From: Felis catus
Lineage: Eukaryota
DNA length: 64,000 nucleotides
Assembly: GCF_018350175.1 (NCBI RefSeq)
Contig: NC_058380.1
Span: 73,346,001 to 73,410,000 of the forward strand
Direction: 5' to 3'
In this document: positions 1-11,965 of the stretch, piece after piece
Layout: every line of letters begins with the position of its first letter
Numbering within the stretch: position 1 is the stretch's first letter
Notes under the pieces: model-generated
The model's input: only the letters and a program-made list of their open reading frames with translations
Told to the model about the DNA's origin: nothing
The model's database searches: none
Position numbers and translations under genes: made by a program

Positions 1-946
1 TGAGAGGGAGCGTGAGCAGATGTGCAGGGGAGGGGCAGAGAGAGAGAAGGAGAGAGAGAATTCCAAGGACTCTACACACTCAGTGCTGAGCCCCATTCGG
101 GGCTCAATCCCATGACCTCAAGATCACGACCTGAGCTGCTATCAAAGAATTGGGACACTTAACCGACTGAGCCATCCAGGCGCCCCTTAATACTACTATT
201 AATACATATATATTAAACATATGTAACAAATATACACAAAGAACATACACAAATAGGTATATGAATCTGAAGGATATTAAAATGAAGCCAATTATGTCTC
301 CTGACCAGAGTGACTGATCATACCAAGAATTCATTAAGTTATATATTATATAACTTAAAGGCAATTTAAAATCTCAACGACAAGGGCGCCTGGGTGGCTC
401 AGTCGGTTAAGCGGCCAACTTGGGCTCTGATCTCACGAGCCCCACATTAGTCTCTCTTCTGTCAGCACAGAACCCATTTCAGATCCTCTGCCGCCTCTCT
501 CTCTGCCCCTCCCCTGTGCATGCATGCACATGAGCTCTCTCTCTCTTTCAAAAATAAACATTAAAAAAATAAAATAAAATCCCAACAACAAAGTATATGT
601 ACTTGGGTAATGTCCATGTAGTTGTGATTTATTATGAGACTAATCTAAGAAGTGAAAACACTATTGTTATCTTCCATTGTTTATACTGTGAACACATAAT
701 ATACTTGACAGGAGGGGCAGTGTCTTGTTCATTTTTTTTTTAACGTTTATTTATTTTTGGGACAGAGAGAGACAGAGCATGAATGGGGGAGGGGCAGAGA
801 GAGAGAGGGAGACACAGAATCGGAAACAGGCTCCAGGCTCTGAGCCATCAGCCCAGAGCCCGTCGCGGGGCTCGAACTCACGGACCGTGAGATCATGACC
901 TGAGCTGAAGTCGGACGCTTAACCGACTGAGCCACCTACACGCCCC
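1..946. mobile_element. Three CanSINEs (1-187 minus, 384-575 plus, 733-946 minus)
   Basis: tRNA-derived head GGGCGCCTGGGTGGCTCAGTCGGTTAAG, (CT)n and A-rich tails. Confidence 0.9.
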
Positions 947-1055
947 CGTTTTTGTATCTGAGCTTTAAACATAGCCTGGGAGAATGGATGCAGTGCAAAT
1001 ATCTGGGGAATGAATGAATAATTGCACACTAAAGTGAAGAGTCTGCTTGGCAAGA

Positions 1056-1090
<35 letters not shown>

Positions 1091-1237
1091 TAGATTCCAT
1101 GCCCAATGTGGGGCTTGAACTCAAGCGACCCTTGAGCTCAGGAGTCGCATGCTCTACTAACTGAGCCAGTCCGGTGCCCTACAAGCTTTTTAAGAACCCA
1201 ACAACATAAGGGTTCTTTAAAATTGACCAGCAGCAAT

Positions 1238-1491
1238 GGGGCGCCTGAGTGGCTTAGTTGGTAAAGCGTCTGACTTCGGCTCGGGTCATGATCTCACAGT
1301 TCGTGAGTTCGAGCCCCGCATCGGGCTCTGTGCTGACAGCTCAGAGCCTGGAGCCTGCTTCAGATTCTGTGTCTCCCTCTCTCTCTGCCCCTCCTCTGCT
1401 CATGCTCTCTCTCTGTCTCAAAAATAACATACATTAAAAAAACAAATTTAAAAACAAACAAAAAAAATAAAAATAAAATAAAAATAAAATA
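1238..1491 (+). mobile_element. SINEC_Fc-type SINE with target-site duplication (TSD)
   Basis: Full head, body and tail; TSD AAATTGACCAGCAGCAA at 1220-1236 and 1492-1508. Confidence 0.93.
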
Positions 1492-2279
1492 AAATTGACC
1501 AGCAGCAAAACATTCAGTGAAGTTACCTGAGCTTGGTCCCAGATTTTGGTCAGGAGAGGCTGGAGGGGGCTTGGAAAAGCCATACACTCAATTATTGGCT
1601 TTGGATATCCTTGTTGTTTCCAGATAAAACCAGGCCTAAATCTGAATCCCAGAAACCATTACTGCCCCAATTTGCTTTCCAAAGACCTTCAGACACCCAA
1701 TGGTCACTCTAAACATAACTCAGAGAATTCTCGTTTAACTCTCCAGTGCAGTATTCTTTGATAGACTCCAGCATATATCCAATTGTTATTTTCCATCAAG
1801 AAAGCGGGACTCAGAGGGTTGTGACTTGTTAAAGGTCACAGGAGGCAGAGCTGGGGTAATGGATCTTATTTCCCTGGACTCCTGGTCCACTGTTCATGTA
1901 AATGCTGATTTCATGTCTCCTTCCCTCTCCCCAAATCTCCTTCTGTACACAAGACATCAAAACGAAAGCTCAAACACAAACAAAACCACAGTGGAAGCAC
2001 TGGAAGAAGGTCTGCTTCGACCCTCTAATGGTAGATAGGGGAAACTGAGGCCCACAGAATAAGTGGGTCTTGCCCAGAGTCTCACAGGGAGTCAGCACTA
2101 AGGCCAGAAGTTCCAAGGTTGCCCCAAATTTGGGGGACAACCTGTGTACAATTTTTCCTTCCTGTCTCTTCGGATCACAAATGTCCCCCGTTCTATCCAT
2201 GTGGACTGCCAAAGCTCATTTTTGATGTGTTGGGGTTGGGGTGGGGTGAGCAGTTCACCCAAACGAGGTATATAATGCC

Positions 2280-2780
2280 ACCCGACCCAAGGCCTGCCCT
2301 AGAACTCCCCGCTTTGGCCAGGTGGGCTGCTGCAGCCTGCAAAGCGCGAGGGCTCCCACAGCTCTGCCCGTCCCTCCCGTACCCCTTCCTCCCCCCATCG
2401 TGCTCCATACCCACCAGCCGGCTGGCCGGGCCGGGAGCTGGGGCCGGCAGGGGCGCCGAGTGGAGGGAGTCAGCAACCACCACGCTCCACAGCCTCCCAT
2501 GCCACCGCCCCTAGCAACGAGGCGCGCGTCGCTAGGGCAGGAGTTCCGCGAAAAGCCTCCGGGCGCTCTCCCGGCCCCCGAACTGCAGTTCCGCCCATCT
2601 GCCGTCTCCCCGAGGCCGGGCCCAGAGCACCCTGGCCTGTTTTCTGACTGGAACAATGCAATGATGAGGTTCCAGAGAAGAGGACGGTTCTGCCCGAAGA
2701 CCGCGCTGTCTGGGAATCTACAGAATGCAAGAAAAGCGGTACCACCGAGAGAGTCACCGAGAAAGTACTGAATAAATATC
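2280..2780 (-). promoter_or_regulatory. WDR31: CpG-island promoter and probable non-coding first exon of the upstream divergent gene (WDR31 by synteny)
   Basis: CpG-rich, GC-rich island with two inverted RFX X-box-like motifs (CCCTAGCAAC 2509-2518; GTCGCTAGGG 2528-2537) and a candidate minus-strand donor GG|GTATGG at 2411/2410. WDR31 lies head-to-head upstream of BSPRY in human. No WDR31 coding exon is recognisable in the window. Confidence 0.55.
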
Positions 2781-3090
2781 ATCTTTTAAATAGTTATTCG
2801 CCCCCTTGGAGGTGTTGTTTTAGTTTTTGGAGTTTTCCATGATTCCACCCCGTGATCTCTCCCTTGGACCCTTTCCCAGGTCCCCCCACTCCTATTCCTT
2901 TCATTCTTTCTTTCATCAAACCGTTACAGACCAGCACCACAGCAAAAAGACCCCTCAGTATCATCTTGAGATCCAGTGGGAAGACAGTTCCAGAAACGAA
3001 CAGCAGCTGGAGTTGCATTGCTTCCAGACTAGAGTCTATTCATTTCTGTATTCCTAGCGCACAGGGCTTGGTGCAGAGTAACGGTTTGTT

Positions 3091-3146
3091 GAATGGATGG
3101 ATGGATGGATGGATGGTGGATGGATGAACGAATGAATGGATGAATG
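3091..3146. repeat. (TGGA)n/(TGAA)n simple repeat, L2-tail derived
   Basis: GAATGGATGGATGGATGGATGG... read directly. Confidence 0.85.
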
Positions 3147-4046
3147 GCATTCTAGCCAACATTTCTCTTGCACCTAGTAGGGATCTGCTGCAGGCCTGAT
3201 CTCCCAGCAGAATCACCTACAACAAAGACATGTGGAGTTTCTGAAAGCTGGGTGACTGTGGGAACAGGAGTAGGGGTGGCAAGAGAAAGTTACCTTCACA
3301 GAATAACAGAGCTGGCCATTGGCTCTATCTTCCAATGCAAAGAGGGAATATCCTCCACAACAGTCCTGATGGGGGATCCTTTGCCTCTGTTGACTTCCCT
3401 CCCTGATGATGCACTCATTACTTTCTGGATCAGTGTCCTGTTCCTGGCAGGAGCTGAGGTCTACCCCCATGCATCACTGATCTTAGTTCAGAACTGAGGT
3501 CTCTCTCTACAAACTCAATCTCTTTTGCCCACAACAACCTCGTAGACTTCAACCAGGAGAGACTGATTGTTTTGCCCTCAGGCACTGGGCTAGGCTCAGG
3601 GTAGCTTAGAGAGTTGACTTACCTGATCCCTGCCCTCAAGATTTTCTTCCAGAAAAGGCTTCAGGTTTAAGGCACCTGAGACTCCCAAACTGGTATCTCT
3701 AGCCAGACTTCTCCCTACACCTGTAAATCCACCTGCTTTCTGTCCTTTTCCACCTGGCTGAATAAAATACACTTCATTCTCAACGTGACTCACCCTGGAA
3801 ACATCATCTTCCCCCCAAACCTGTTCTTCCTCTTTTCTCTCTGAGTGCTGGGCACTACCATTCACCAATCACCCACCCACACCAAGGATCTTGGAGTCAT
3901 TTGTAACTTTGTAACTTCACTCTCTCTTCTTTGTTCCAGAACAAACCCCAAGACTTCTGAATTCTTCCCCTGAAATAGCCTTTAAAAAAAAAAATCTGTC
4001 CACTTCTCTCTACCCACCACCTAGTTTCAAGCCAACATCATGCCAG

Positions 4047-4270
4047 AGTGTGATAGATTAAAACTGGCCACAAATTCTTTGTAGTTTCTCCCATCAGGGC
4101 TGGTCTAGTAACTTATTTTGACGAATAGAATGTGGTGGAAATGACATCATGCTACTTTTGAGTTTCAGCCCCAATTTGCCAACCCACAGAATTGTGAGCA
4201 AATAAACACTTGTCATTTTAATCCACTAAGCTTTGGGGGTGGTTTGTTATAGACCATAGATAACTGATAT
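4047..4270 (+). mobile_element. MLT1 (ERVL-MaLR) LTR remnant
   Basis: Typical MLT1 3' end (CCCACAGAATTGTGAGCAAATAAAC...TTTAATCCACTAAG...GTTTGTTAT...ATAGATAACTGATA). Confidence 0.65.
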
Positions 4271-4717
4271 TCAAAATAAAGTCCAAATTCCTTCACTAGG
4301 TCAATAAGGCTTGGTCTATATCTCTTTAGCCTCAGCTTCCACCTCTGGCAACCACACTGTAGGTTTCAATGGTCTAACCTACTTGCAGCTTCTTGGCTCA
4401 CCTTGCTGCTGCCTTTGAATCCTTGCACACAGTGTTCCCTCTGGCCAGGGCATCTCACCTGTCCGTCTGGCTAACTATCCTCAGCTTAGAGGCCATCTCC
4501 CTCTCTACCCTCAGGTCTTCCCTAACCATTTCTCTCTTCCTCCAGATTGAGTTAGCTACCCTTCCTTTGTGCTTCCAAGGCCCCCACACTTCCCCTAACG
4601 TTGTGTGATTTCCCATTTATTGGTTTATCTCACTGGGTTATGAGCTCCATAAAGGCAATGACACAGTCTTGTTTACACCTGTATTTATTGCTGATGTCTA
4701 ATACAAGATCCAGCACA

Positions 4718-5393
4718 GCACTGCAATAGAAATTTCTGCTATGATGGAAATGTTCTATGTTTGTACTTTTCGATATGCTGGCCTCAAGTCACATGTGGCT
4801 ACTGAGCACCCGAAGTGTGGCTAGTGCAACTGAAGAACTGTTTTGTTTTGTTTTTTTTTAAGTTTATTTATTTTGAGAGGTGGGAGGGGCAGAGAGAGAG
4901 GGAGAGAGAGAATCCCAAACAGGCTCCATGAAGAGCCCGATATGGGGCTTGAACCCATGAACCTCGAGATGATGACCTGAGCTGAAACCAAGAGTTGGAT
5001 ACTCAACCAACTGAGCCACCCAGGTGCCCCTGAAGAACTNNNNNNNNNNNNNNNNNNNNNNNNNNNNNNNNNNNNNNNNNNNNNNNNNNNNNNNNNNNNN
5101 NNNNNNNNNNNNNNNNNNNNNNNNNNNNNNNNNNNNNNNNNNNNNNNNNNNNNNNNNNNNNNNNNNNAGAGAAGGAGAGACAAAGAATCTCAACAAGGCT
5201 CTGCACCATCAGCGATGTGGGTCTCAAACTCACAAACGGAGAGATCATGATCTGAGCCTAGATCAAGAGTCGGATGCTTAACTGACTGAGCCACCCAGGT
5301 GCCCCCTGAATTTTAAATCTTTTTTTTTTTTATGTTTATTTTTGAGACAGAGACAGAGACAGAGAGAGAGAGCACGTGCACAAGGGGGGGAGG

Positions 5394-5435
<42 letters not shown>

Positions 5436-5640
5436 CTGAAACAGGCTTCAGGCTCTGAACTGCCAGCACAGAGACCAAAGCTGGGCTTGAACTCATGAAC
5501 TGCAAGATCATGACCTGAGCCGAAGTTGGATGCTTAACTGTCTGAGCCATCCAGATGCCCCTAAATTTTAAACTGTATTTAATTTTAATGTAACTTAAGA
5601 AGCCATCTGTGGCTAGTGGCTATGGTATTGAACAGTATAG
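4718..5640. mobile_element. MER3-like hAT DNA transposon split by nested SINEs
   Basis: Left half ...GATGGAAATGTTCTAT...CACATGTGGCTACTGAGCAC...GTGGCTAGTGCAACTGAAGAACTG; right half AGCCATCTGTGGCTAGTGGCTATGGTATTGAACAG; at least three SINEs in between. Confidence 0.75.
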
Positions 5641-6081
5641 GTTTAGCACATAGTAGATGCTCACTGAATATTTTTGAAAAAGATTTTTTTAATTAATTTT
5701 TTCATGTTTATTTATTTTGAGAGAGAGAGGGAAAGTGCATGTGCACAAATGGGGGAGGGGAAGAGAGAGAGGGAGAGAGAGAATCCCAAGCAGGCTCTGT
5801 GCTGTCAGCACAGAACCCGATGCAGGGCTCGAACCCACAGACTGTGAGATCATTACCTGAGCGGAAGTCGGATGCTCAACCGACNNNNNNNNNNNNNNNN
5901 NNNNNNNNNNNNNNNNNNNNNNNNNNNNNNNNNNNNNNNNNNNNNNNNNNNNNNNNNNNNNNNNNNNNNNNNNNNNNNNNNNNNNNNNNNNNNNNNNNNN
6001 NNNNNNNNNNNNNNNNNNNNNNNNNNNNNNNNNNNNNNNNNNNNNNNNNNNNNNNNNNNNNNNNNNNNNNNTGAGTGGAGG

Positions 6082-6123
<42 letters not shown>

Positions 6124-7812
6124 ATCCCAAGCAGCCTCTCTACTGTCAGTGCAAAGCCTGATGTGGGGCTCTATTCCAAGAACCATGGGATCATGACCTG
6201 AGCCAAAGTCGAGAGTTTGGATGCTTAACCAACTAGCCACCCAGGCAACCCCAGATAATCCCAATTTTATAAAAAATAAATATGCTCTGTGCGGCAACCA
6301 GATTGGGTGGAGGCTGGCGGCTTGGGTGGTGAAAGAATTCGCCTAAAGCAAAACAAAGGAGATAGAAGTTTACTGAATACACCACAAGAGAGCAAGCAGG
6401 CAGGACAGCAAAAGAGAGACTGTCTACCAGGAGGCAGCGGCGGGGGGCTACAGTTAAGCGCTGAGTGAGGTACAGGAATGCATGGAATTTTCCCTTTATG
6501 GTAACGGTACCTGGTTCTAAGTAGCCTATTGGTAAGTTAGGGCCTGTGGATGCTATTATGAGGTGGGTCGCTTAGTGAACCTGTTTGCATTCAGCCTGGG
6601 GATCACTGGGGCCCTTTCACCTTAGGTTTTTATTGCTCAAGCCTGATGCCTAAAAGCGGCCTCTCCATGTTCCCACCTATGTCATATGGTAGGGGCTAAA
6701 GGATATTCTATGGTGTGTGAGGATGTAAATATATAGCACCTTTTCAGAATGTAAATTGTGTGTGGTTCTTTGGTGAGGGGGGAGCAGAGTTCCTGGCCTA
6801 AAAAGAAATGTTGCTCTTGCTGGTTCCTCTGCCTGGAAGGCTCCTTCCCCAGATTTTCTCACGGTTTGCTTGCTGTCTTTTTCCAGTCACCGTGCTGCTG
6901 CTCCAAGAGACCTCCTCCATCGTCCTTTCTAGATCAGCCCTCCCTCAAGCCCTGCTTCTATGTGCTTGAGCACTTTTCATATAGGTCTTCTCACCAACAT
7001 TATTTACATGTCCTTTTGTTTGTTCAGGAGAGTAGACTTTGTTCTTCTTTAAGGTTGTATTCTCCGCGTCTTAAACACGGCCCAGCATATAGGTAGGTGC
7101 TCAATAAATCTGCTGAATGACTAAAATGTAACAAAAGTGTCCATTCTTCTCTGTCCCCAGCTCAGGGTGTTCTGCCTAAGCAAGCCCTAAAGTTCAAGTA
7201 CAGCCCTCCTCACTCCCACCAAAGCTCCAGAGGTCATTTGAGAGCAGCAGTGCCAAACTTTTTAAACCCGATTCTCAATAAGAAATACATTTGGTAGTGC
7301 CTGGCTGGCTCAGTCAGGAGAGCGTGTGGCTTTTGATCTCAGGGTCATGAGTTTGAGCCCCATGTTAGGCACAAGGATTACTTAAAGATAAAATCTTAAA
7401 AAAAAAAAAAAATACATTCAGTCCCCAGTGCTCACACATGTACATGAATACATAACTGAAATAAAGAACCTGTACTAGGAGCAATTTTTCTTAAGTTAAT
7501 TTATTTGAGGAGAGAGAGAGACAGAGTGCAACTGGGGGAGAGGGAGAGAATCCCAAGCAGGCTCTGCACTGTTAGTGCAGAACCCGAGGAGGGGCTCGAA
7601 CTCACAGACCACAAGATCATGACCTGAGCCAAAGTTGAACGCTCAACCAACTGAGCCACCCAGGCGCCCTNNNNNNNNNNNNNNNNNNNNNNNNNNNNNN
7701 NNNNNNNNNNNNNNNNNNNNNNNNNNNNNNNNNNNNNNNNNNNNNNNNNNNNNNNNNNNNNNNNNNNNNNNNNNNNNNNNNNNNNNNNNNNNNNNNNNNN
7801 NNNNNNNNNNNN
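5040..7812. other. Assembly gaps (N runs at 5040-5167, 5885-6071 and 7671-7812)
   Basis: N runs, each next to a SINE. Confidence 0.99.
6288..6667 (-). mobile_element. Solo endogenous-retrovirus LTR (~380 bp)
   Basis: TG...CA termini; 5-bp flanking duplication TGCTC/TGTTC (1 mismatch); minus-strand CCAAT and AGTAAA signal in LTR-like order. Confidence 0.7.
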
Positions 7813-9779
7813 CCGAAAGGTCACCATTGCCCTGGGGCAGTGTTTATATGGGTGGTCAGAAAGCCCATTTGTATTTTAGTTTCAGGGCAACTGCTACAGT
7901 TGCAGATTCCTGGCTCCACCCCAGACCTAGTGAAGGAGAATTTTATCAGAAAGTGTGAATGCTTAACTACCCTCTCCCCCAACCACCTCAGGTAATTCCG
8001 AAGAATAAAGCTTAAGAGCCTCACTTGGGAATTTACGAGTACCCTGAGGCCTTGTGTGGGGACTTGGGTCAAGCACCAGCACAGGAAGGGAAGGGGCTGA
8101 TTCTTCAGTTCCAGTCCAACTCAGCCCCTGAGTTGATCCCAACTCTATAAAAGTAAATCCATTCCCACCCAAGCCGCTTGCAATTCCTAGTCCTCTGCCT
8201 GAAGTAGTTCTGGCAATGTTGCTGCTGCTTCCCTGACTCCGGCCCTCCCAGGGCCACCGACTGACTGCTCCCCAGGACCACACCCAGTAAACAGGCCTTA
8301 CTTTTCCCAAGGACCTTAACCCCTACTGCCTCTGGCCTCCACAGTCTCTTTTCCTTCACACAAAATCACTTCTGTTTTCTTTGTTTCATTGTAAGGTTTA
8401 ATAGCTCTCTCCACCCCCACCCCTTAGAACAAAGAAATCCTAACCCCAATCTCTAGTTATGGTGGCCCACTTCCAGCCCCACCCCCGGAAGAGGGTAAAT
8501 GCTATGATGAAGGCTTCACCCTCCCACTAGAAACGACTTAAAAAAAAAATTTTTTTTGACATTTATTTATTTTTGAGAGACAAAGCACGAGCGGGGGAGG
8601 GGCAAAGAAAGAGGGAGACACAGAATCCAAAGCTGGCTCCAGGGTCCGAGCTGTCAGCACAGAGCCAGACAACCCCGAGATCATGACCTGAGCTGAAGCT
8701 GGAGCTCAACCGACCGAGCCACCCGGGGCCCCTAGACATGACTTTTGATGCCAGGAGTGCTGCTCTCCCCTTGCAAAGTACCTCACACAATTTACATTCT
8801 GAAGGCCTGCTACAACTGTATTTACAGATCCTCACATACACAATAAAACATTTTTTAGCCTCTAGTGTATACCATACTGCCAACACCCAAGCTCGGCACT
8901 TTGCATACAAGATCTCACTTAATTCTTGAAGCAGCCCTCAGAGATAGATACTATTATCACTCCCCTTTAAAAAATGTTTGGGGCGTCTGGGTGGCTCAGT
9001 CCCTTAAGCTTCTGACTTGGGCTCTGGTTTGAGAGTTTGAGCCCGCCCTCCTTGGGTTTTGTGCTGACAGCTCGGATCCTGGGCCTGCTTGGGATTCTGC
9101 GTCCCCACTCTCTGTGCCCCTCCCCTGCTTGCACTCTGCTCCTTTCTCTCTCTCTCTCTCTCTCAAATATAAATAAAAACATTAAAAATTTTAAAATAAA
9201 AAAAAGATTTGGTTGTAAATACTTTGGGGGAAATCAGCCTAATACAGATGTTTCTCATTGGACCTTAATATGCAGTTAAAAAATCATTAATCCTATTAGC
9301 CACAAGTCAAACTGCCTGAATTCCAATCTCATTGCTACCAGTTAGTAACTGTGACTCCTTGTAAGTTACTTAACCTCCCTAAAAATGAGGAACATGGCAA
9401 TACTTTCCTTGTACTATTAACAGACGCTTAGCAATTGCAGCCGCAGTCTGTGCTCCAGATCTTATTTAATCATTAAATGGTCAGCACAAATCTGTGAGGC
9501 AGGTGCGGACGCTATCCCCATGTTACAGCCGAGGCCATCGAGGCGCTGTCTGGGAGCAGATAAATGGGATTTGAGCCCAGGTAACCTACCACCAGAACCT
9601 AGCTTCTAGCTACTTGTCTCAAGTTGCCTCTCAAAAAGGGCTGCTGTATTACATGATAAAACGCTTATGAAGCGCTTAGCGAAAGTCTGGCACTTAAATG
9701 CTCAATTAAGTTTCCTACGGTCACATTAATGTTTGGTGTTTTATGTTTGTTACAAAACTAACACGTATACAAACGCGAT

Positions 9780-10400
9780 TTAATTCGGCAAAAAAATCAC
9801 GAAGACAGCCGAAGCGGTTGGACCCTGGGCGGGGGTCGGGGCTGGGGCGCGGACGCCTGGCGGCAGTCCACCCGCCGCCAGGGTAGGCCGGCAGGAAGCT
9901 GGGCGGCCGGCGCTCGGGGACACCCGTCGGGGGCCGGGGGCGGGGTCAGGGAGGCCCCGCCCAGCAGCCACCTGCGACAGGTGGAGCGCGCGGCGCCGGG
10001 CGCTCGGCCATGTCTGCGGAGAGCTCGGGGCCGGAGCCGGGGCCGCTGTGCCCCGAGCACGGCCAGGCTCTGAGCTGGTTCTGCTGCTCCGAGCGACGGC
10101 CCGTGTGCGCCGCCTGCACCGGGCTGGGCGGCCGCTGCCGGGGGCACCGCGTCCGCCGGGCCGAGGAGCGCGCGGAAGAGCTGCGGGTGAGCGGGCGGGG
10201 GCGCCGGAAGGCGGGGGGCGCCGGAGGGGAGGGGCGCCCGGATGGCGCGCCGTGAGGGGTTTGGCGGAGACCCGGCTGCCGGTCCAGGAGTCCAGGCTCG
10301 GCCGTGTCACTGCTGTGGAACGAGGCGGTAAGGGTGTGGCTTCTGGAGTCACGGGAGACGTGAGTTCGAATCCCGCCTCCCGACCTCCCTTGGAATCTCG
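9780..10400 (+). promoter_or_regulatory. BSPRY: BSPRY promoter CpG island
   Basis: Very GC/CpG-rich with GC boxes (GGGGCGGGG) and a palindromic E2-box pair CACCTG-CGA-CAGGTG at 9969-9983; spans the start codon at 10010 (GCCATGT). Confidence 0.85.
10010..10186 (+). CDS. BSPRY: BSPRY coding exon 1 (B-box zinc finger)
   Basis: MSAESSGPEPGPLCPEHGQALSWFCCSERRPVCAAC...RAEELR with B-box C-x2-H...C-x2-C...H spacing; donor CGG|GTGAGC; 177 nt, phase 0. Confidence 0.95.
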
Positions 10401-10834
10401 TCTCTGAGCCTCAGTGTCCTCACGTGTAGTCTGAGGGCGCAGTTTTGGGGGTTGTTGTGTGATAGACCTAAAATAATGGGTGAAATGCTCTTTAGCCTAC
10501 TACAGAGTGGTAGATCCAGCTGCCCCCTCCTCCTCCGTTGCTGTTTTGGGGGGTGAGAGCCGGGCCTGGCGTTGGGCAGTATGCGGTTCCACTGCTCCAG
10601 TTGCCCGGGACAGCGTGTGACCCATCCCCCGCCCTGGTGGAAGCTGACCTGAGATAAAACCCGGCTCTCCTATCCCCTCAGCCCCTGGGCTCAAAGCCCC
10701 TCCCCTCGTCCACTCTTCAGGCTTCCTGGTGAGGTGATTTCTTGTCCCTTTCGGGGTTGGCCTTGACTGCACTCCAAGCTGCTTTCACCTGGGTAAACGG
10801 AGGTGGGCGGGTTGGATCTTAGAAGGTTCCTGTT

Positions 10835-11052
10835 GGGGCGCCTGGGTGGCTCAGTCGGTTGGGCGTTCGACTTCAGCTCAGGTCATGATCTCACAGCTCG
10901 TGAGTTGGAGCCCTGCATCGGGCTCTGTGCTGACAGCTCGGAGCCTGGATCCTGCTTCAGGTTCTGTGTCTCCCTTTCTCTCTGCCCCTCTCCCACTCAC
11001 GCTCTGTCTCTTTCTCTCAAAAATAAATAAACGTTAAAAAAAAAAAATTTAA
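10835..11052 (+). mobile_element. SINEC_Fc-type SINE
   Basis: Full length; TSD AAGGTTCCTGTT. Confidence 0.93.
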
Positions 11053-11733
11053 AAGGTTCCTGTTGGACCTCTTAATCTAGAGTTTCTCCCGACCTTCACT
11101 CCAGTTTACCCCCAGGCTGGTCACCTTCATCACCACCCCCCCTTCCCCACCCATCTGCTGAGATTGAGGAGCCCAAGTCACCCTGGGTTTTCCTCCCTCC
11201 TTCCGCCCTAGCTGTCACCCCTGGGGATTTCCTTGCCGTTCCATTAAGTGGCTTGATTTCCCCACCCTCACCCAGGTTCTGCCCATCTGTGAGGCCCTGA
11301 GGGCTCTCCCTGGGGACTCAGACTGGGGTGTAATAAACACACCCAACTGGCCTAGAGGGATTCACTTATTCAGTGACCCCTGAAAGCTCCTGGTTGGTCC
11401 TACCTGTCACCACTATCCATCCTCAATAAGTGGTGATGAAAATCAACTTGGGTAATGTGGTATAATAAACTTGCATAATGGATAGAAACTTTATGAGTAC
11501 CAAAGCACTTAAATATCCATCATCTCCATCCAGACCAAGCTTTTGGAGTGGTATCCTATCTACATTTTACAGATGAGGAAACTGAGGCCCAGAACAGGGC
11601 AGTAACTCCTCCAGGGTTCCTCATATTCAGGAGCTGGACCAAGGGAGTCATTGACTAGGCCAGAGAAAATTACCTCTTTGCTTCCGTTGAGAGAGGAAGT
11701 GATGCTATTGGGTGTGAGATTTTAATAAAACCC

Positions 11734-11965
11734 TTTTTTTTTTTTTAAATTTTTTTTTCAACGTTTTTTTATTTATTTTTGGGACAGAGAGAGACAGAGC
11801 ATGAACGGGGGAGGGGCAGAGAGAGAGGGAGACACAGAATCGGAAACAGGCTCCAGGCTCCGAGCCATCAGCCCAGAGCCTGACGCAGGGCTCGAACTCA
11901 CGGAGCGCAAGATCGTGACCTGGCTGAAGCCGGACGCTTAACCGACTGCGCCACCCAGGCGCCCC
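11734..11965 (-). mobile_element. Young SINEC_Fc SINE
   Basis: Full length and CpG-rich; TSD AATAAAACCCTTTTT. Confidence 0.95.

Noticed and set aside
384-460. tRNA-like A/B box sequences
   Set aside because: They are SINE heads derived from tRNA, with no complete cloverleaf. I found no true tRNA, rRNA or snoRNA gene in the window.
747-935. Recurrent ORFs of the type MAQSVKRPTSAQVMISR... (also at 5278, 10846, 13690, 17532, 18149, 39699, 41581 and elsewhere)
   Set aside because: These are translations of the SINEC_Fc consensus, not a gene family.
2119-2782. Several 95-175 aa ORFs over the first CpG island
   Set aside because: Pro/Gly/Arg-rich products on both strands, as expected from stop-poor GC-rich DNA; no recognisable domain.
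9780-10352. 190-aa minus-strand ORF antisense to BSPRY exon 1
   Set aside because: CpG-island artefact with low-complexity composition.
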